Origin: an uncultured Bacilli bacterium
GTDB taxonomy: Bacteria; Bacillota_I; Bacilli_A; RF39; UBA660
Assembly (NCBI GenBank): GCA_944327365.1
Contig: CALVHI010000001.1
Span: 300-64,299 of the forward strand
DNA length: 64,000 nucleotides
Direction: 5' to 3'
Below are positions 36,425-46,953 of this stretch, piece by piece. Numbering within the stretch: position 1 is the stretch's first letter; every line of letters starts with the position of its first letter. The notes below the pieces were generated by a model. That model saw nothing but the letters and a program-made list of their open reading frames with translations, was not told where the DNA came from and made no database searches. The position numbers were made by a program, and so were the translations under genes.

Positions 36425-37447
36425 CTAATACATAGATGCTTTTTCTAAAATATAATCATCAAAAACAATAGGCATATTAGAACTAAACATAGAAAAATAA
36501 TTTAATGTTTGTGAACTTAAATAATTATCTATTGGATTATTAATAGAAGTAATTTCTACTTGCATATTCTTTTTAATAAGTGAATCAACTTCTACATAAA
36601 TAAATTCATTTAATATTTTTACTACAGGATATAATTTAGCATTGATATAAACATACTTTATTGCTACATTCATACCATGATTAATGCCAAAAGGAATAAT
36701 TGCCATGTATTTTATTTTTTTATTATGATTAACTTCTTTTATAGAAATAACTTTAGAATAAAGAGTAAATATTTGTTTAAAAGGATTTTCAAACTTTTGA
36801 AATAATTTCTTTTTGTTCTCTTTAATTCCATAAATAGATGAATCTAACAAGATAGCATTTGAACCTTGAATTTTCCTTTTATCCTCTTCATGATTTAATA
36901 TCATCAATTGCCCATTTTGAATAGGCCTTATAATATATTTAAAATCATCATAATTTTTCTCATCCAAATAAGCCATAATACCAAATAAATTTAAATATTT
37001 ATGATCCCAATTTAAATAATCTAAAATATCCTGTTTACTACTAATACCATAATAACCAGTAGGATCAACATAAAAAATAAAGTTTAAAGAATCTTTTATA
37101 TTTAAGCTATGAATCATTTTAAGAGTGTCAATATCATACACAACTATAATAGCATTATGAATAATTAAATCAAAAACATTATCTTCCGTTATCTCTCCGT
37201 TATAAATAACCGGAATATTAGGATCATATTTACGAATAAGTTGTAAATCTAAAAAAGTGTTCACATAAAGATAATCTATCAATTCATGAAGATACTTAAT
37301 AAGATACATCCCATGGCTAAAAGCATTATTACTAACATCTAAAATATAATAAGAATAATGATGATATGTTTTAATGTATTCTATATTAGCTAACATATTT
37401 TTTGTATTAATTTTTATATAATTTATTTTCTTCATTTTCTTCACCAT
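36425..37447 (-). CDS. Highly divergent alanine racemase-like protein (PLP-lysine position apparently substituted)
   Basis: By-eye alignment to Alr: INTKNMLANIEYIK ~ DLDAIYDNVENLR; YILDVSNNAFSHG ~ MAVVKANAYGHG, where K appears replaced by S; C-terminal beta-domain-like IIPFGINHG. Confidence 0.35.
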   Translation of the reverse strand: MVKKMKKINYIKINTKNMLANIEYIKTYHHYSYYILDVSNNAFSHGMYLIKYLHELIDYLYVNTFLDLQLIRKYDPNIPVIYNGEITEDNVFDLIIHNAIIVVYDIDTLKMIHSLNIKDSLNFIFYVDPTGYYGISSKQDILDYLNWDHKYLNLFGIMAYLDEKNYDDFKYIIRPIQNGQLMILNHEEDKRKIQGSNAILLDSSIYGIKENKKKLFQKFENPFKQIFTLYSKVISIKEVNHNKKIKYMAIIPFGINHGMNVAIKYVYINAKLYPVVKILNEFIYVEVDSLIKKNMQVEITSINNPIDNYLSSQTLNYFSMFSSNMPIVFDDYILEKASMY

Positions 37448-37561
37448 AATTAAATTGTAACAAAATAGTAAAGTTAAGTCAAAAAATAATAAATAAGAAT
37501 GTAAAAAGATTGCTAATAAACCATAAATTTTGGTATACTTAATTACAGGTAGGTGAAAGTA

Positions 37562-38797
37562 ATGGCAAAAATTATAGATTTAATAGGAAGAGAAATATTA
37601 GATAGTAGAGGACTGCCTACTGTAGAAGCTACAATTACTTTAGATAATGGTATAACTGCGGTAGCATCAGTTCCCTCAGGAGCATCAACAGGTTCAAAAG
37701 AAGCTTTAGAACTTAGAGATAATGATGTTAAGAGATATCATGGGAAAGGTGTCTTAAAAGCAGTAGAAAACATTAATACATTTATTAAAGATAATTTAGT
37801 AGGAAAAGAATTAGAGCAAGTAATGCTTGACAAATTATTAATTAGTTTAGATGGCACTGAAAATAAAAGTAAGTTAGGAGCCAATGCTACTTTAGCTGTT
37901 TCACTAGCAAGTATTAAAGCATCAGCTAAGCTAGAAAAAAAGGAATTATATGCATATTTATCAGGAGGGAGAGTAAGTATGCCTCTACCTATGGTAAACA
38001 TTATTAATGGTGGTGTACATGCAGATAATAATTTAGATATTCAAGAATTTATGATTGTTCCAACTCTTAAAGGCATGGATAATCGTATTCGTGTATCCAG
38101 TGAAATATTTCAATCTTTAAAAGAAATTTTAAAAAGTCAAGGTCTATCTACATCAGTAGGGGATGAAGGAGGATTTGCCCCTAATTTAGAATACAATAAC
38201 TTAGCCTTAGATCTAATCATGGAAGCAATAAAGAAAAGTGGTTATACTCCAGGAATAGATGTTTTTATAGCTTTAGATATTGCAGCATCTCAATTGTATG
38301 ATCCTAATACTAAAACATATAAAATTGATCAAAGAAACTTAACTAGTGATGAATTAATCAAATATTATATTGCTCTAGTAAATAAATATCCAATTATTAG
38401 TATAGAAGATCCCTTTGAAGAAAATGATTTTGAATCTCTAGCGGTTTTAACAAAATTAATTGGTGAAAAAATAATGTTAGTTGGTGATGATTACTTTGTT
38501 ACTAACACAAAATACTTAGAAAAAGGAATTAGAATGAAAGCCGGTAATGCTATATTACTTAAAGCCAACCAAATTGGTACTGTAACAGAGATGATTAAAA
38601 CGATACTTTTGGCACGAAAAAATGGGTTTAAAATGATCATATCCCATAGAAGTGGTGAAACTCTAGACACTTTTATCGCTGATTTTGCAGTAGGTCTATC
38701 GATTCCTTTTATTAAAACTGGTTCTATACAAAGAGGAGAACGCATAGCAAAGTATAATCGCTTAATGGAGATTGAACAAAAATTATTGCATAAATAA
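37562..38797 (+). CDS. eno: Enolase (phosphopyruvate hydratase)
   Basis: MAKIIDLIGREILDSRG...SHRSGETLD..., full-length enolase. ATG 37562 after AGGTGA. Confidence 0.9.
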   Translation: MAKIIDLIGREILDSRGLPTVEATITLDNGITAVASVPSGASTGSKEALELRDNDVKRYHGKGVLKAVENINTFIKDNLVGKELEQVMLDKLLISLDGTENKSKLGANATLAVSLASIKASAKLEKKELYAYLSGGRVSMPLPMVNIINGGVHADNNLDIQEFMIVPTLKGMDNRIRVSSEIFQSLKEILKSQGLSTSVGDEGGFAPNLEYNNLALDLIMEAIKKSGYTPGIDVFIALDIAASQLYDPNTKTYKIDQRNLTSDELIKYYIALVNKYPIISIEDPFEENDFESLAVLTKLIGEKIMLVGDDYFVTNTKYLEKGIRMKAGNAILLKANQIGTVTEMIKTILLARKNGFKMIISHRSGETLDTFIADFAVGLSIPFIKTGSIQRGERIAKYNRLMEIEQKLLHK

Positions 38798-38838
38798 CTT
38801 CCTAAATCATATATTTCTTCTATAAGAAAGGTGACTTT

Positions 38839-39360
38839 ATGCAAGAAAAAAATATTATAACAGCCAATATACCAAATAATGCAATTACACTAAAGCGTTT
38901 TATTGAACAAAAGCGTCTATTAAAAACCAAACTAAAACTAATTCATATTCAATTACTTGATGAAGATATTAAGCAATTAGAACAAGAAAACTTAACTTTA
39001 TTATCTTTAAATTTAGAAGATTTATATTTAACAAGAAACATGCATCTAATCGCTCCTATCGAGAACAAAATTGTCCCCGCAACAGACAATAATCTAAAAC
39101 TTCAAACTTACTTAATCTATCTAAGCTATTTATATAATTTAAATTTAATTAAACTATATCAAAGTGATCCTCATCTATTATGGAATCTAATTCAAAGCTT
39201 ACAAATATCAATGCATATTAAACAAAGCTTCTATACTTTACTAAAAGAAAATAAAGGAGACTATTTTAGTACTTATTTAGAAGAATTAAATAGTCCTTTA
39301 TATCGAATAAAGCAACAAGAAGACATCCTAACTCTAAAAAAGTGTCAACCAAACATTTAG
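38839..39360 (+). CDS. Hypothetical protein
   Basis: 173-aa ORF, no motif. Confidence 0.35.
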   Translation: MQEKNIITANIPNNAITLKRFIEQKRLLKTKLKLIHIQLLDEDIKQLEQENLTLLSLNLEDLYLTRNMHLIAPIENKIVPATDNNLKLQTYLIYLSYLYNLNLIKLYQSDPHLLWNLIQSLQISMHIKQSFYTLLKENKGDYFSTYLEELNSPLYRIKQQEDILTLKKCQPNI

Positions 39361-39409
39361 ATCTTAATAGTTTTAAAAAATTGTGGTATTATTATAATAG
39401 GTGGTAATT

Positions 39410-40135
39410 ATGTTTATTGGTGAAAATCCCATTCATATTGAAGCAAGTGCTGATATAGCGCCAGTTGTATTAATGCCAGGAGATCCTCTAAGAGCCAAAT
39501 ATATAGCAGATACTTTCTTAAAAGATGCAAAATTAGTTACTAATATCCGAAATATGTCAGGATATACTGGTGAATATAAGGGGAATAAAGTAACTGTAAT
39601 GGCCCATGGCATGGGTATGCCTAGTGCTAGTATCTATGTTTTTGAACTAATTCATTTCTTTCATGTAAAAAAAATTATTAGAATTGGGACATGTGGTGCG
39701 GTTAGTGACAAGTGCAAAGTAGGGGATGTTATTTTAACGCAAAATATTTATTCTGAATCTAATTTTGCCTATACTTATAATAATTATGTTGGCAATGTAG
39801 TTGATGCAAGTGCTTCTTTAAATAAAACTATTTTAGATACTGCAAGAGAATTAAATGTTGATGTACACTATGGTATGACAACTACTATGGATGTATATGG
39901 CCCATATATTGATTATGAAAGAGTCCTAAATCGCATTCCAAGTGACTATGAGATTCTAGGGGAAGAAATGGAAGGATTTGGTGTATGTCATGTTGCAAAT
40001 ACTATGAATATAGAAGCAACGACTCTAATGACTGTAGCAGACTCTAAATTCTCTAAAATAGTTTTAACTCCAGAAGAAAGACAAACAAAATTAAATGATA
40101 TGATTAAATTAGGTTTAGAAGCTATTATCAAATAA
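39410..40135 (+). CDS. deoD: Purine nucleoside phosphorylase DeoD-type
   Basis: VVLMPGDPLRAKYIA.TFL...KKIIRIGTCGA closely matches DeoD. ATG 39410 after AGGTGG. Confidence 0.85.
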   Translation: MFIGENPIHIEASADIAPVVLMPGDPLRAKYIADTFLKDAKLVTNIRNMSGYTGEYKGNKVTVMAHGMGMPSASIYVFELIHFFHVKKIIRIGTCGAVSDKCKVGDVILTQNIYSESNFAYTYNNYVGNVVDASASLNKTILDTARELNVDVHYGMTTTMDVYGPYIDYERVLNRIPSDYEILGEEMEGFGVCHVANTMNIEATTLMTVADSKFSKIVLTPEERQTKLNDMIKLGLEAIIK

Positions 40136-40214
40136 TAGCAAATGAAATCTAATTCAAATAGACTAATAAATAAAGATTTAACAACTTAAAAGAAGAAAGT
40201 CAATTTTCTTCTTT

Positions 40215-40739
40215 TTATATATTCATTTTTTCTTTAATTTCTTGTACTTTCATTTTAATCTTTTTATCTCTCTTAATATTAGTATCAATATTACCAACAA
40301 TATAATCAGCACTAACACCAAAAGTTTCACATATCTGTTTTAAATCAGCAGTACTAATCATCATTTTCCCAATCTCATAATAACTAATACTACTTCTTTT
40401 TGTATCAATCTTAGAAGCAAACATTTCTTGAGTTAAACCTGCCTTTTTTCTAATCTCTTTTAATCTAAGCCCAATCTTTTTTAAATCCATATTTTCAATA
40501 TAATGATATGAATACTGATCAATAAAATCAATAATTCCTAACAAATAATCAATAGGAACCTGATATAAATAAGCAAGCTTAATAATCTGCCTTAAAGATA
40601 CATTAGTAATTCCATTCTCCCAGTTATTGATTAAACTACGTGATACATGTAGCATTGATGCTAATTCTTGTTGAGTATAACCAAACTTATCTCTTAAATG
40701 ATAAATCCTTTGTTCAATAATTGTTATATTTTTGTCCAT
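40215..40739 (-). CDS. Double-HTH XRE family transcriptional regulator (module B)
   Basis: Two HTH_XRE domains (YTQQELASMLHVSRSLINNWE; LTQEMFASKIDTKRSSISYYE). Divergent from paralog B. Confidence 0.8.
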   Translation of the reverse strand: MDKNITIIEQRIYHLRDKFGYTQQELASMLHVSRSLINNWENGITNVSLRQIIKLAYLYQVPIDYLLGIIDFIDQYSYHYIENMDLKKIGLRLKEIRKKAGLTQEMFASKIDTKRSSISYYEIGKMMISTADLKQICETFGVSADYIVGNIDTNIKRDKKIKMKVQEIKEKMNI

Positions 40740-40997
40740 ACCAACAGCTCACTTTATAAATAAAATCAATAACATTGTTTCATACTATTATAAATCGTAC
40801 TAATAATTGACACTAATACTCACTTAATGACACTAAAAATCACAAAATAGTTGAATTTTATTCAACAATACTGTATACTAGAAATATATCATAGACAAAT
40901 ATATGAGAAATAAAACAAGAAGTTTTGATAAGTTTTGTCGAATCACATGTATTATAAATAAATATATGCTATGATACTCAAGGGAAGAGGGAAGTCT

Positions 40998-42269
40998 ATG
41001 GAATTTGAAGTATTAAAAAGAAGTCATCTAAAAAGAAATATTATCATAGGATTATTTGCAGTTGCTATCATATCAGCCGCTGTTCTTAATTTTACCCAAG
41101 CTAAATACCGAGTAACACAAAGTATACCACTTGTAAACGGAAAAATAAACTATAATCCGGGAGATATTATTATATCTGCTTATTATAATGATGAACTATT
41201 AGCAACATTCCCAACCAAAGATAGTGAATATGCTGTAGAAAACATAACTTGTGATAATAACACAACAGCAACATTTGATAAAGATAAATGGCAAATAAAT
41301 ATAACAAACTTAGTAACAAAAGGAACAAAATGTGATGTGACATTTGTAGAAAAAGAATTAGCAAGTGAATCAATATTAGCCGGAAAAGACATTCAAGAAA
41401 GAACAGATTTTAGTACAACACTTACAACCAATACAAATGGAATAATTTATCAAGAAGATACAAGTGATGGAACAACTTATTACTTTGCCGGAGATACAGA
41501 TGAAAACTGGGTATCCTTTGCTGGATATTACTGGCGAATTATCAGGATTAATGAAGATGGATCAATAAGAATGATCTATAATGGAACAAGTACTAGTGCT
41601 ACCGGAGGTGAAACCCGACTACAGACAAGCTCATTCAATTATTCGAATGGCAATAATGCCTATGCAGGATACATGTGTACTTTAAATAGTGTCCATGGAA
41701 CAGGAACAAGTAGTACAATCAAAGGAATAGTAGATAATTTCTATCGAGATCAAATCGCTGGAGAATATGAAGATTATATTAGTAAAGAAGCAGGATTCTG
41801 TGGAGATAGGACCTCAACAACAACAAATGGTGGGGCACCAAATGATACAGGAGGGATAGGAACAACAACAACTTATTATGGAGCAAGATATCGGTTAGAC
41901 ACAAATAAAACACCAACGTTTGAATGTAGTGATGAAGCAAATGATTTGTATACCGCACAAGAAAGCAGTAAAGGTAATCATGCTTTAACGTATCCAATTG
42001 GACTCATCACAGCCGATGAAGTAGCCTATGCCGGAGGAGTATGGGATACTTATAATAGTAGTTATTACCTATATACCAGACAAAGCTACTGGACTATGTC
42101 TCCGTATAATTATAGCGGTGGTGCTAACGTGTTTCTTGTGTCTCACAATGGCGACCTCGGTAACTGGGGCGTGAGTAACACGGTTGGTGTGCGCCCAGTA
42201 TTAAATCTGGATGCTGGTGTAACACTAACCGGAAGTGGAACAACATCTGACCCTTATAGAGTAAATTAG
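40998..42269 (+). CDS. Signal-anchored mosaic surface/secreted protein, paralog B
   Basis: MEFEVLKRSHLKRNIIIGLFAVAIIS... Same conserved blocks as A and C with a distinct variable block. ATG 40998 after GGGAAGAGGGAAG. Confidence 0.7.
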   Translation: MEFEVLKRSHLKRNIIIGLFAVAIISAAVLNFTQAKYRVTQSIPLVNGKINYNPGDIIISAYYNDELLATFPTKDSEYAVENITCDNNTTATFDKDKWQINITNLVTKGTKCDVTFVEKELASESILAGKDIQERTDFSTTLTTNTNGIIYQEDTSDGTTYYFAGDTDENWVSFAGYYWRIIRINEDGSIRMIYNGTSTSATGGETRLQTSSFNYSNGNNAYAGYMCTLNSVHGTGTSSTIKGIVDNFYRDQIAGEYEDYISKEAGFCGDRTSTTTNGGAPNDTGGIGTTTTYYGARYRLDTNKTPTFECSDEANDLYTAQESSKGNHALTYPIGLITADEVAYAGGVWDTYNSSYYLYTRQSYWTMSPYNYSGGANVFLVSHNGDLGNWGVSNTVGVRPVLNLDAGVTLTGSGTTSDPYRVN

Positions 42270-42307
42270 CACTTATGCTTGACAAGTGCTAATTTTTATT
42301 ATATAAT
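42266..42307 (+). promoter_or_regulatory. CIRCE-like HrcA operator (TTAGCACTT-N9-AAGTGCTAA) overlapping a TTGACA-17-TATAAT promoter upstream of clpB
   Basis: TTAGCACTT 42266-42274, N9, AAGTGCTAA 42284-42292. TTGACA 42279-42284. TATAAT 42302-42307. The palindrome plus T-run could also terminate paralog B. Confidence 0.55.
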
Positions 42308-42336
42308 TATATTCGTAATAGAAAGAAGGTGTTAAT

Positions 42337-44445
42337 ATGTATCCAAATATGGGGGAAGAAAACGAAAATGTTTTGGAAAAATATGGACGCGATATTACTG
42401 AAGCAGTAAGACTTAATAAGGTTGATCCAGTTATTGGTAGAGATGATGAAATACGTAGCATTATTCGTATATTATCAAGAAAAACAAAGAATAATCCCGT
42501 ATTAATTGGTGAACCTGGAGTTGGTAAAACAGCAATTGTTGAAGGACTTGCCATTCGTATTACGAAAGGTGATGTACCAAGTACTTTAAAAGGAAAGAAA
42601 ATATGGTCTCTTGATTTAGGTGCTTTAATTGCAGGTGCTAAATACCGTGGTGAATTTGAAGAGCGTCTAAAAAAAGTTCTAAAAGAAATTAGTGATTCAA
42701 ACGGGGATATCATATTATTTATAGATGAAATACACATGATTGTTGGAGCTGGTGCCGAAGGAGCTATGGATGCTGGTAACATGTTAAAACCAATGCTAGC
42801 CAGAGGAGAAATTAGACTAATTGGTGCTACTACTCTAAACGAATATCGTAAGTATATAGAAACTGATGGAGCTTTAGAGCGTCGTTTACAAAAAATAATG
42901 GTCAAAGAACCAAATGTTGAGGATACTATTACGATATTGCGTGGCTTAAAAGAAAAGTTTGAATTATTTCATAGTGTCAACATCAAAGATAGTGCTTTAA
43001 TTAGTGCAGCAACACTTAGTGATCGGTATATAACGGATCGATACCTACCAGATAAAGCAATTGATTTAGTAGATGAAGCATGTGCTACGATAAAAATGCA
43101 AATGGCATCTGTTCCTACGGAACTAGACACATTAACTCGTAAAATTATGAGTCTAGAAATTGAGCGTGAAGCTATTAAGAAAGAAAAAGATGAACTATCG
43201 AAAGCTCGTAAAGCAGAACTTGACAATGAAATAACAAGTCTAAAAGAGGAAGAAGCCAAAATGCGTTCTAAGTGGGAAGAGGAAAAGAATTTAAATGATG
43301 ATATTAACAAGAAAAAAGAAGAATTAGATAATGCTAAATTTAAACTAGAAACTGCAGAAAATAACTATGATTTAGAAACTGCTGCTCGTCTTCGCCATGG
43401 GGAAATCCCTAAGTTAGAGACTGAACTTGAAGCGCTCCGAAGTAAAATAGATTCACAAATGTTAAGTGATACAGTTACCGAGGAAGATATAGCCAAAATT
43501 GTTGCTAAATGGACGAATATTCCTATTCAAAAATTAGTAAGTGGGGAAAAAGAAAAACTTCTCAGTCTAGAAGCTAACTTAAAAAAGAAAGTAATTGGCC
43601 AAGATGAAGCAGTTAAAGTCGTAAGTGATGCCATTATTAGAGCTAGAAGTGGAATCAAAGACCCGAATAGACCAATCGGATCATTTATATTCATGGGTCC
43701 AACTGGTGTTGGTAAAACCGAACTAGCAAAAGCTTTAGCTTATGAATTATTTGATGATGAACGTCACATGGTAAGAATAGACTGTTCTGAATACATGGAA
43801 GCATTCAATGTATCTAGACTTCTAGGAGCCCCTCCAGGATATGTAGGATATAACGAAGGTGGCGAACTTACAGAAGCCGTAAGAAGAAACCCCTATAGTA
43901 TTGTTTTGTTTGATGAAATCGAAAAAGCTCATCCCGATGTATTTAACATATTACTTCAAATCCTAGATGATGGACGTATTACAGATAGTACAGGAAAACT
44001 AGTAGACTTTAAAAATACAATTATTATAATGACATCAAATTTAGGAAGTGAATATATTCTTGATAATGAAGAAAATAATGAATCTAAAGTAATGAACGCT
44101 TTAAAAGAACATTTCCGTCCAGAATTTATTAATCGTATTGATGAAATAGTAATCTTTAAATCTTTAGGAAAAGAAGTTATTTATAATATTCTTGATAAGA
44201 TTATTCATGAAACGGAATCAAGACTTAAAAATATTAATTTACACTTAGAATTAACTGAAAAAGCAAAAGATTACATCATTGCTCACTCATATGATGAAGC
44301 CTATGGAGCAAGACCAATAAAACGTTATGTAACGCATCATATTGAAACACTTTTAGCAGATAAGATTATTAAAGATGAAATAAAATATAATGACACGCTA
44401 ATTGTTGATGTAAATAATGACCAACTAGAAATAAGTCAGGAATAA
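42337..44445 (+). CDS. clpB: ATP-dependent chaperone ClpB lacking the N-terminal domain (starts at AAA-1)
   Basis: Both AAA modules (GEPGVGKT; GPTGVGKTE), coiled-coil middle domain, C-terminal domain. 702 aa beginning LEKYGRDIT..., so the ~150-aa Clp_N domain is absent. Confidence 0.9.
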   Translation: MYPNMGEENENVLEKYGRDITEAVRLNKVDPVIGRDDEIRSIIRILSRKTKNNPVLIGEPGVGKTAIVEGLAIRITKGDVPSTLKGKKIWSLDLGALIAGAKYRGEFEERLKKVLKEISDSNGDIILFIDEIHMIVGAGAEGAMDAGNMLKPMLARGEIRLIGATTLNEYRKYIETDGALERRLQKIMVKEPNVEDTITILRGLKEKFELFHSVNIKDSALISAATLSDRYITDRYLPDKAIDLVDEACATIKMQMASVPTELDTLTRKIMSLEIEREAIKKEKDELSKARKAELDNEITSLKEEEAKMRSKWEEEKNLNDDINKKKEELDNAKFKLETAENNYDLETAARLRHGEIPKLETELEALRSKIDSQMLSDTVTEEDIAKIVAKWTNIPIQKLVSGEKEKLLSLEANLKKKVIGQDEAVKVVSDAIIRARSGIKDPNRPIGSFIFMGPTGVGKTELAKALAYELFDDERHMVRIDCSEYMEAFNVSRLLGAPPGYVGYNEGGELTEAVRRNPYSIVLFDEIEKAHPDVFNILLQILDDGRITDSTGKLVDFKNTIIIMTSNLGSEYILDNEENNESKVMNALKEHFRPEFINRIDEIVIFKSLGKEVIYNILDKIIHETESRLKNINLHLELTEKAKDYIIAHSYDEAYGARPIKRYVTHHIETLLADKIIKDEIKYNDTLIVDVNNDQLEISQE

Positions 44446-44605
44446 CCTGGCTTTTTTCATATAAAGCATAAAAAAGTGCTATAATAAATCTTATTTTTAT
44501 TTGCCCTAAATTCAATTATCATAAAAAATTAAACATTTAACCTTTACAAAAAGAGTATAATTTACTATAATGTTATTATCGCAAATAAAAATAGGAGTTG
44601 AAAAA

Positions 44606-45151
44606 ATGACAAAACATTTAAAATGCGAGTTTGATGAATACGTGTGTGATATATTAGAAAATGAATATTTTAAAAGAACAAAAAAAGATTTACATCACGG
44701 AACAAGTAAATACGAGCATTCTTTAAGAGTAGCAAAATTAAGCTATCGTTTAGGGAAAATTTTTAAAGCCGATTTAAGAAGCGTATCAAGGGCAGGCCTT
44801 CTTCATGATTTTTTCTTTGGAACCCGCAAAGATAGTCCTGAAAACTCTTATTTACGTCATCCTGTTACAGCATCTAATAATGCTAAAAAATATTTTCATG
44901 TGACAGATCTAGAAAAAGAAGCTATAAAAACGCATATGTTCCATCATGTCTTAGTAAAAAAGATTTTCCCATTTATTAATCGTAAAGAAAAAGCTAGTAT
45001 TAAAGAATTTAAGCCTAAAAGTAAAGAAGGATGGATTATTTGTTTATCTGATCTATTAGTTTCCTTAGTAGAATGTGAAAGATTCCAATTTACTTATGCT
45101 TTTAATGTAGCAGTCTTATTGGTATTTAATATAATCTTATTTAAAAACTAA
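44606..45151 (+). CDS. HD-domain phosphohydrolase
   Basis: H...HD motif (YEHSLRV...GLLHDFFFG). ATG 44606 after GGAG. Confidence 0.6.
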   Translation: MTKHLKCEFDEYVCDILENEYFKRTKKDLHHGTSKYEHSLRVAKLSYRLGKIFKADLRSVSRAGLLHDFFFGTRKDSPENSYLRHPVTASNNAKKYFHVTDLEKEAIKTHMFHHVLVKKIFPFINRKEKASIKEFKPKSKEGWIICLSDLLVSLVECERFQFTYAFNVAVLLVFNIILFKN

Positions 45152-45193
45152 TTCCGAAAGGAATTTTTTTTTACCAAAAAACTCTCAAGAGAC

Positions 45194-46006
45194 TTATCTA
45201 AAATAAATAAAGATGAATATAGCTAAGAATACACAATAAATACTAAACTTCCATAAATTACCTTTTCGAACAATTTCACTTAACCATTGATAAGAGAAAT
45301 ATGTTACAATACCTGCCACAACCATACCTAAAAGATAAGGCATAAATACAGTACTTAAATTACCTGTTACAACAATATCTTTAACTCCAAGTATCATTGT
45401 TCCAACACTAATAGGAAAGTATAAAATAAATGTATATTTTAAAGCTGTACTTCTACTCATACCTACAAGCAAACATAAAACTAATGTTGTACCACTTCGA
45501 CTAATCCCTGGGAACAATGCAATAATTTGAAATAACCCTACAAAAAAAGCATCTTTTAAAGTAATATCATAATCATTTTTCTTTCCATTCTTATTTTTAA
45601 CAAGTAAAAGCATAAAAGCAGTAAGTAAAAAAGCAAATCCAAGAAGAGTAATATTTTGTAATTTATCTTCAATAATATCTTTAAGAAGCAATCCAGCAAT
45701 CCCGATTGGAATCGTTGAAACAAGAATAAACAAACAATATCGAAACTTCTTCTTATTTTCTTCTCTTGTCTCTTTCTTAAAAAGATAAGTAAAAAAAGCT
45801 TTTAATAAATCCCAAATATCTTTTCTAAAAATAAATAAAATAGCCAAGAAAGATCCAAAATTAGCAACAATCTCAAAATTAAGATCATTAAACATTTCGG
45901 AATTAAAAATGTTTTTAAATAAAAATATATGTCCACTCGATGAGACTGGTATCGGTTCAGTAAACCCTTGAATAATACCTAAAATAATATAAACCAAATA
46001 ATCCAA
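45194..46006 (-). CDS. uppP: Undecaprenyl-diphosphate phosphatase
   Basis: BacA/UppP motifs GISRSGTTLV and SSSGH in an 8-TM protein. Confidence 0.85.
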   Translation of the reverse strand: MDYLVYIILGIIQGFTEPIPVSSSGHIFLFKNIFNSEMFNDLNFEIVANFGSFLAILFIFRKDIWDLLKAFFTYLFKKETREENKKKFRYCLFILVSTIPIGIAGLLLKDIIEDKLQNITLLGFAFLLTAFMLLLVKNKNGKKNDYDITLKDAFFVGLFQIIALFPGISRSGTTLVLCLLVGMSRSTALKYTFILYFPISVGTMILGVKDIVVTGNLSTVFMPYLLGMVVAGIVTYFSYQWLSEIVRKGNLWKFSIYCVFLAIFIFIYFR

Positions 46007-46062
46007 TTTAAATCACCTATTTAATTATATAATATTTTTGGAAATTATGAAATAAAATAATA

Positions 46063-46317
46063 ATGGTGATTATGATGTTTCGCATATTACTTTACATAAT
46101 TGGTGTCATATTAACCAGTTTAGGGCTCTTTTTTATTATAATTTATTTAAATTTATTAACAATGGGGTATAGTTTCTCCTTTTTTGTTAAATTTATAAGT
46201 AGAAGATTAGAAACATGGCTTATATTAATAGGTATACTATGTATTGCTATATCGCTAGAAAGGTGGATAAAAAATGAATTATTATTACGATATAATTCTA
46301 AATTGGAACGAAGATAG
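46063..46317 (+). CDS. Small membrane protein, hypothetical
   Basis: 84-aa ORF with two hydrophobic helices. Confidence 0.3.
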   Translation: MVIMMFRILLYIIGVILTSLGLFFIIIYLNLLTMGYSFSFFVKFISRRLETWLILIGILCIAISLERWIKNELLLRYNSKLERR

Positions 46318-46918
46318 AGCTTATGATTTTTTTGAATGGAATGATACAGATAGTTTAGAACTAATAAAAAAAATCCCTCTAATTAAAGTAAAACATAAAG
46401 TTTTTTTAGATTTAATGACAAATAATATTAAAATAGATCAAGAATTTCTAAAAGAATTAGAAGGAAAAACTTTAATAAGTGCCAAAAAAGATTTACAAAA
46501 GATAGATTATGTGGCTCTATTTACAGACACAAAAAATGTTATAGCAATCGAATTTAATCAAGAAGGAATATCTATAAGTAGAAGTAAACTTTTAATAGAG
46601 GATGAATTAAATGTCTTAGAAGTGTTATATGGCATGAAAGAGCATTTATTTAATTATGAATTGTTAGACTCTATTAAAGAAGATAAAACATTAAGACAAA
46701 TTAAAGATGCCAAGAAGTTAATTACCATTGAAATTAATAATTTATACCAAGAAAAAGAAATAGATAAACTAAAATATTTATACTATGAATATAAAAAAGA
46801 ATATATAGATAATATAGAATATATATATGAAAATATTATGAATGATTTAAATAATGAATTTAATGATAATATTTTAAAACTTTACTATATTATTAAATTA
46901 TCGTATCATAAAGTCTAA
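46274..46918 (+). CDS. Hypothetical protein
   Basis: 214-aa ORF. Confidence 0.4.
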   Translation: MNYYYDIILNWNEDRAYDFFEWNDTDSLELIKKIPLIKVKHKVFLDLMTNNIKIDQEFLKELEGKTLISAKKDLQKIDYVALFTDTKNVIAIEFNQEGISISRSKLLIEDELNVLEVLYGMKEHLFNYELLDSIKEDKTLRQIKDAKKLITIEINNLYQEKEIDKLKYLYYEYKKEYIDNIEYIYENIMNDLNNEFNDNILKLYYIIKLSYHKV

Positions 46919-46953
46919 AAATTTGTTATAATATTCCCTAAAGGGATGATTTT

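Noticed and set aside
42273-43310. Minus-strand ORFs (210 aa and 113 aa) antisense to clpB
   Set aside because: Serine/proline-rich low-complexity translations opposite a highly conserved gene; typical antisense artefacts.
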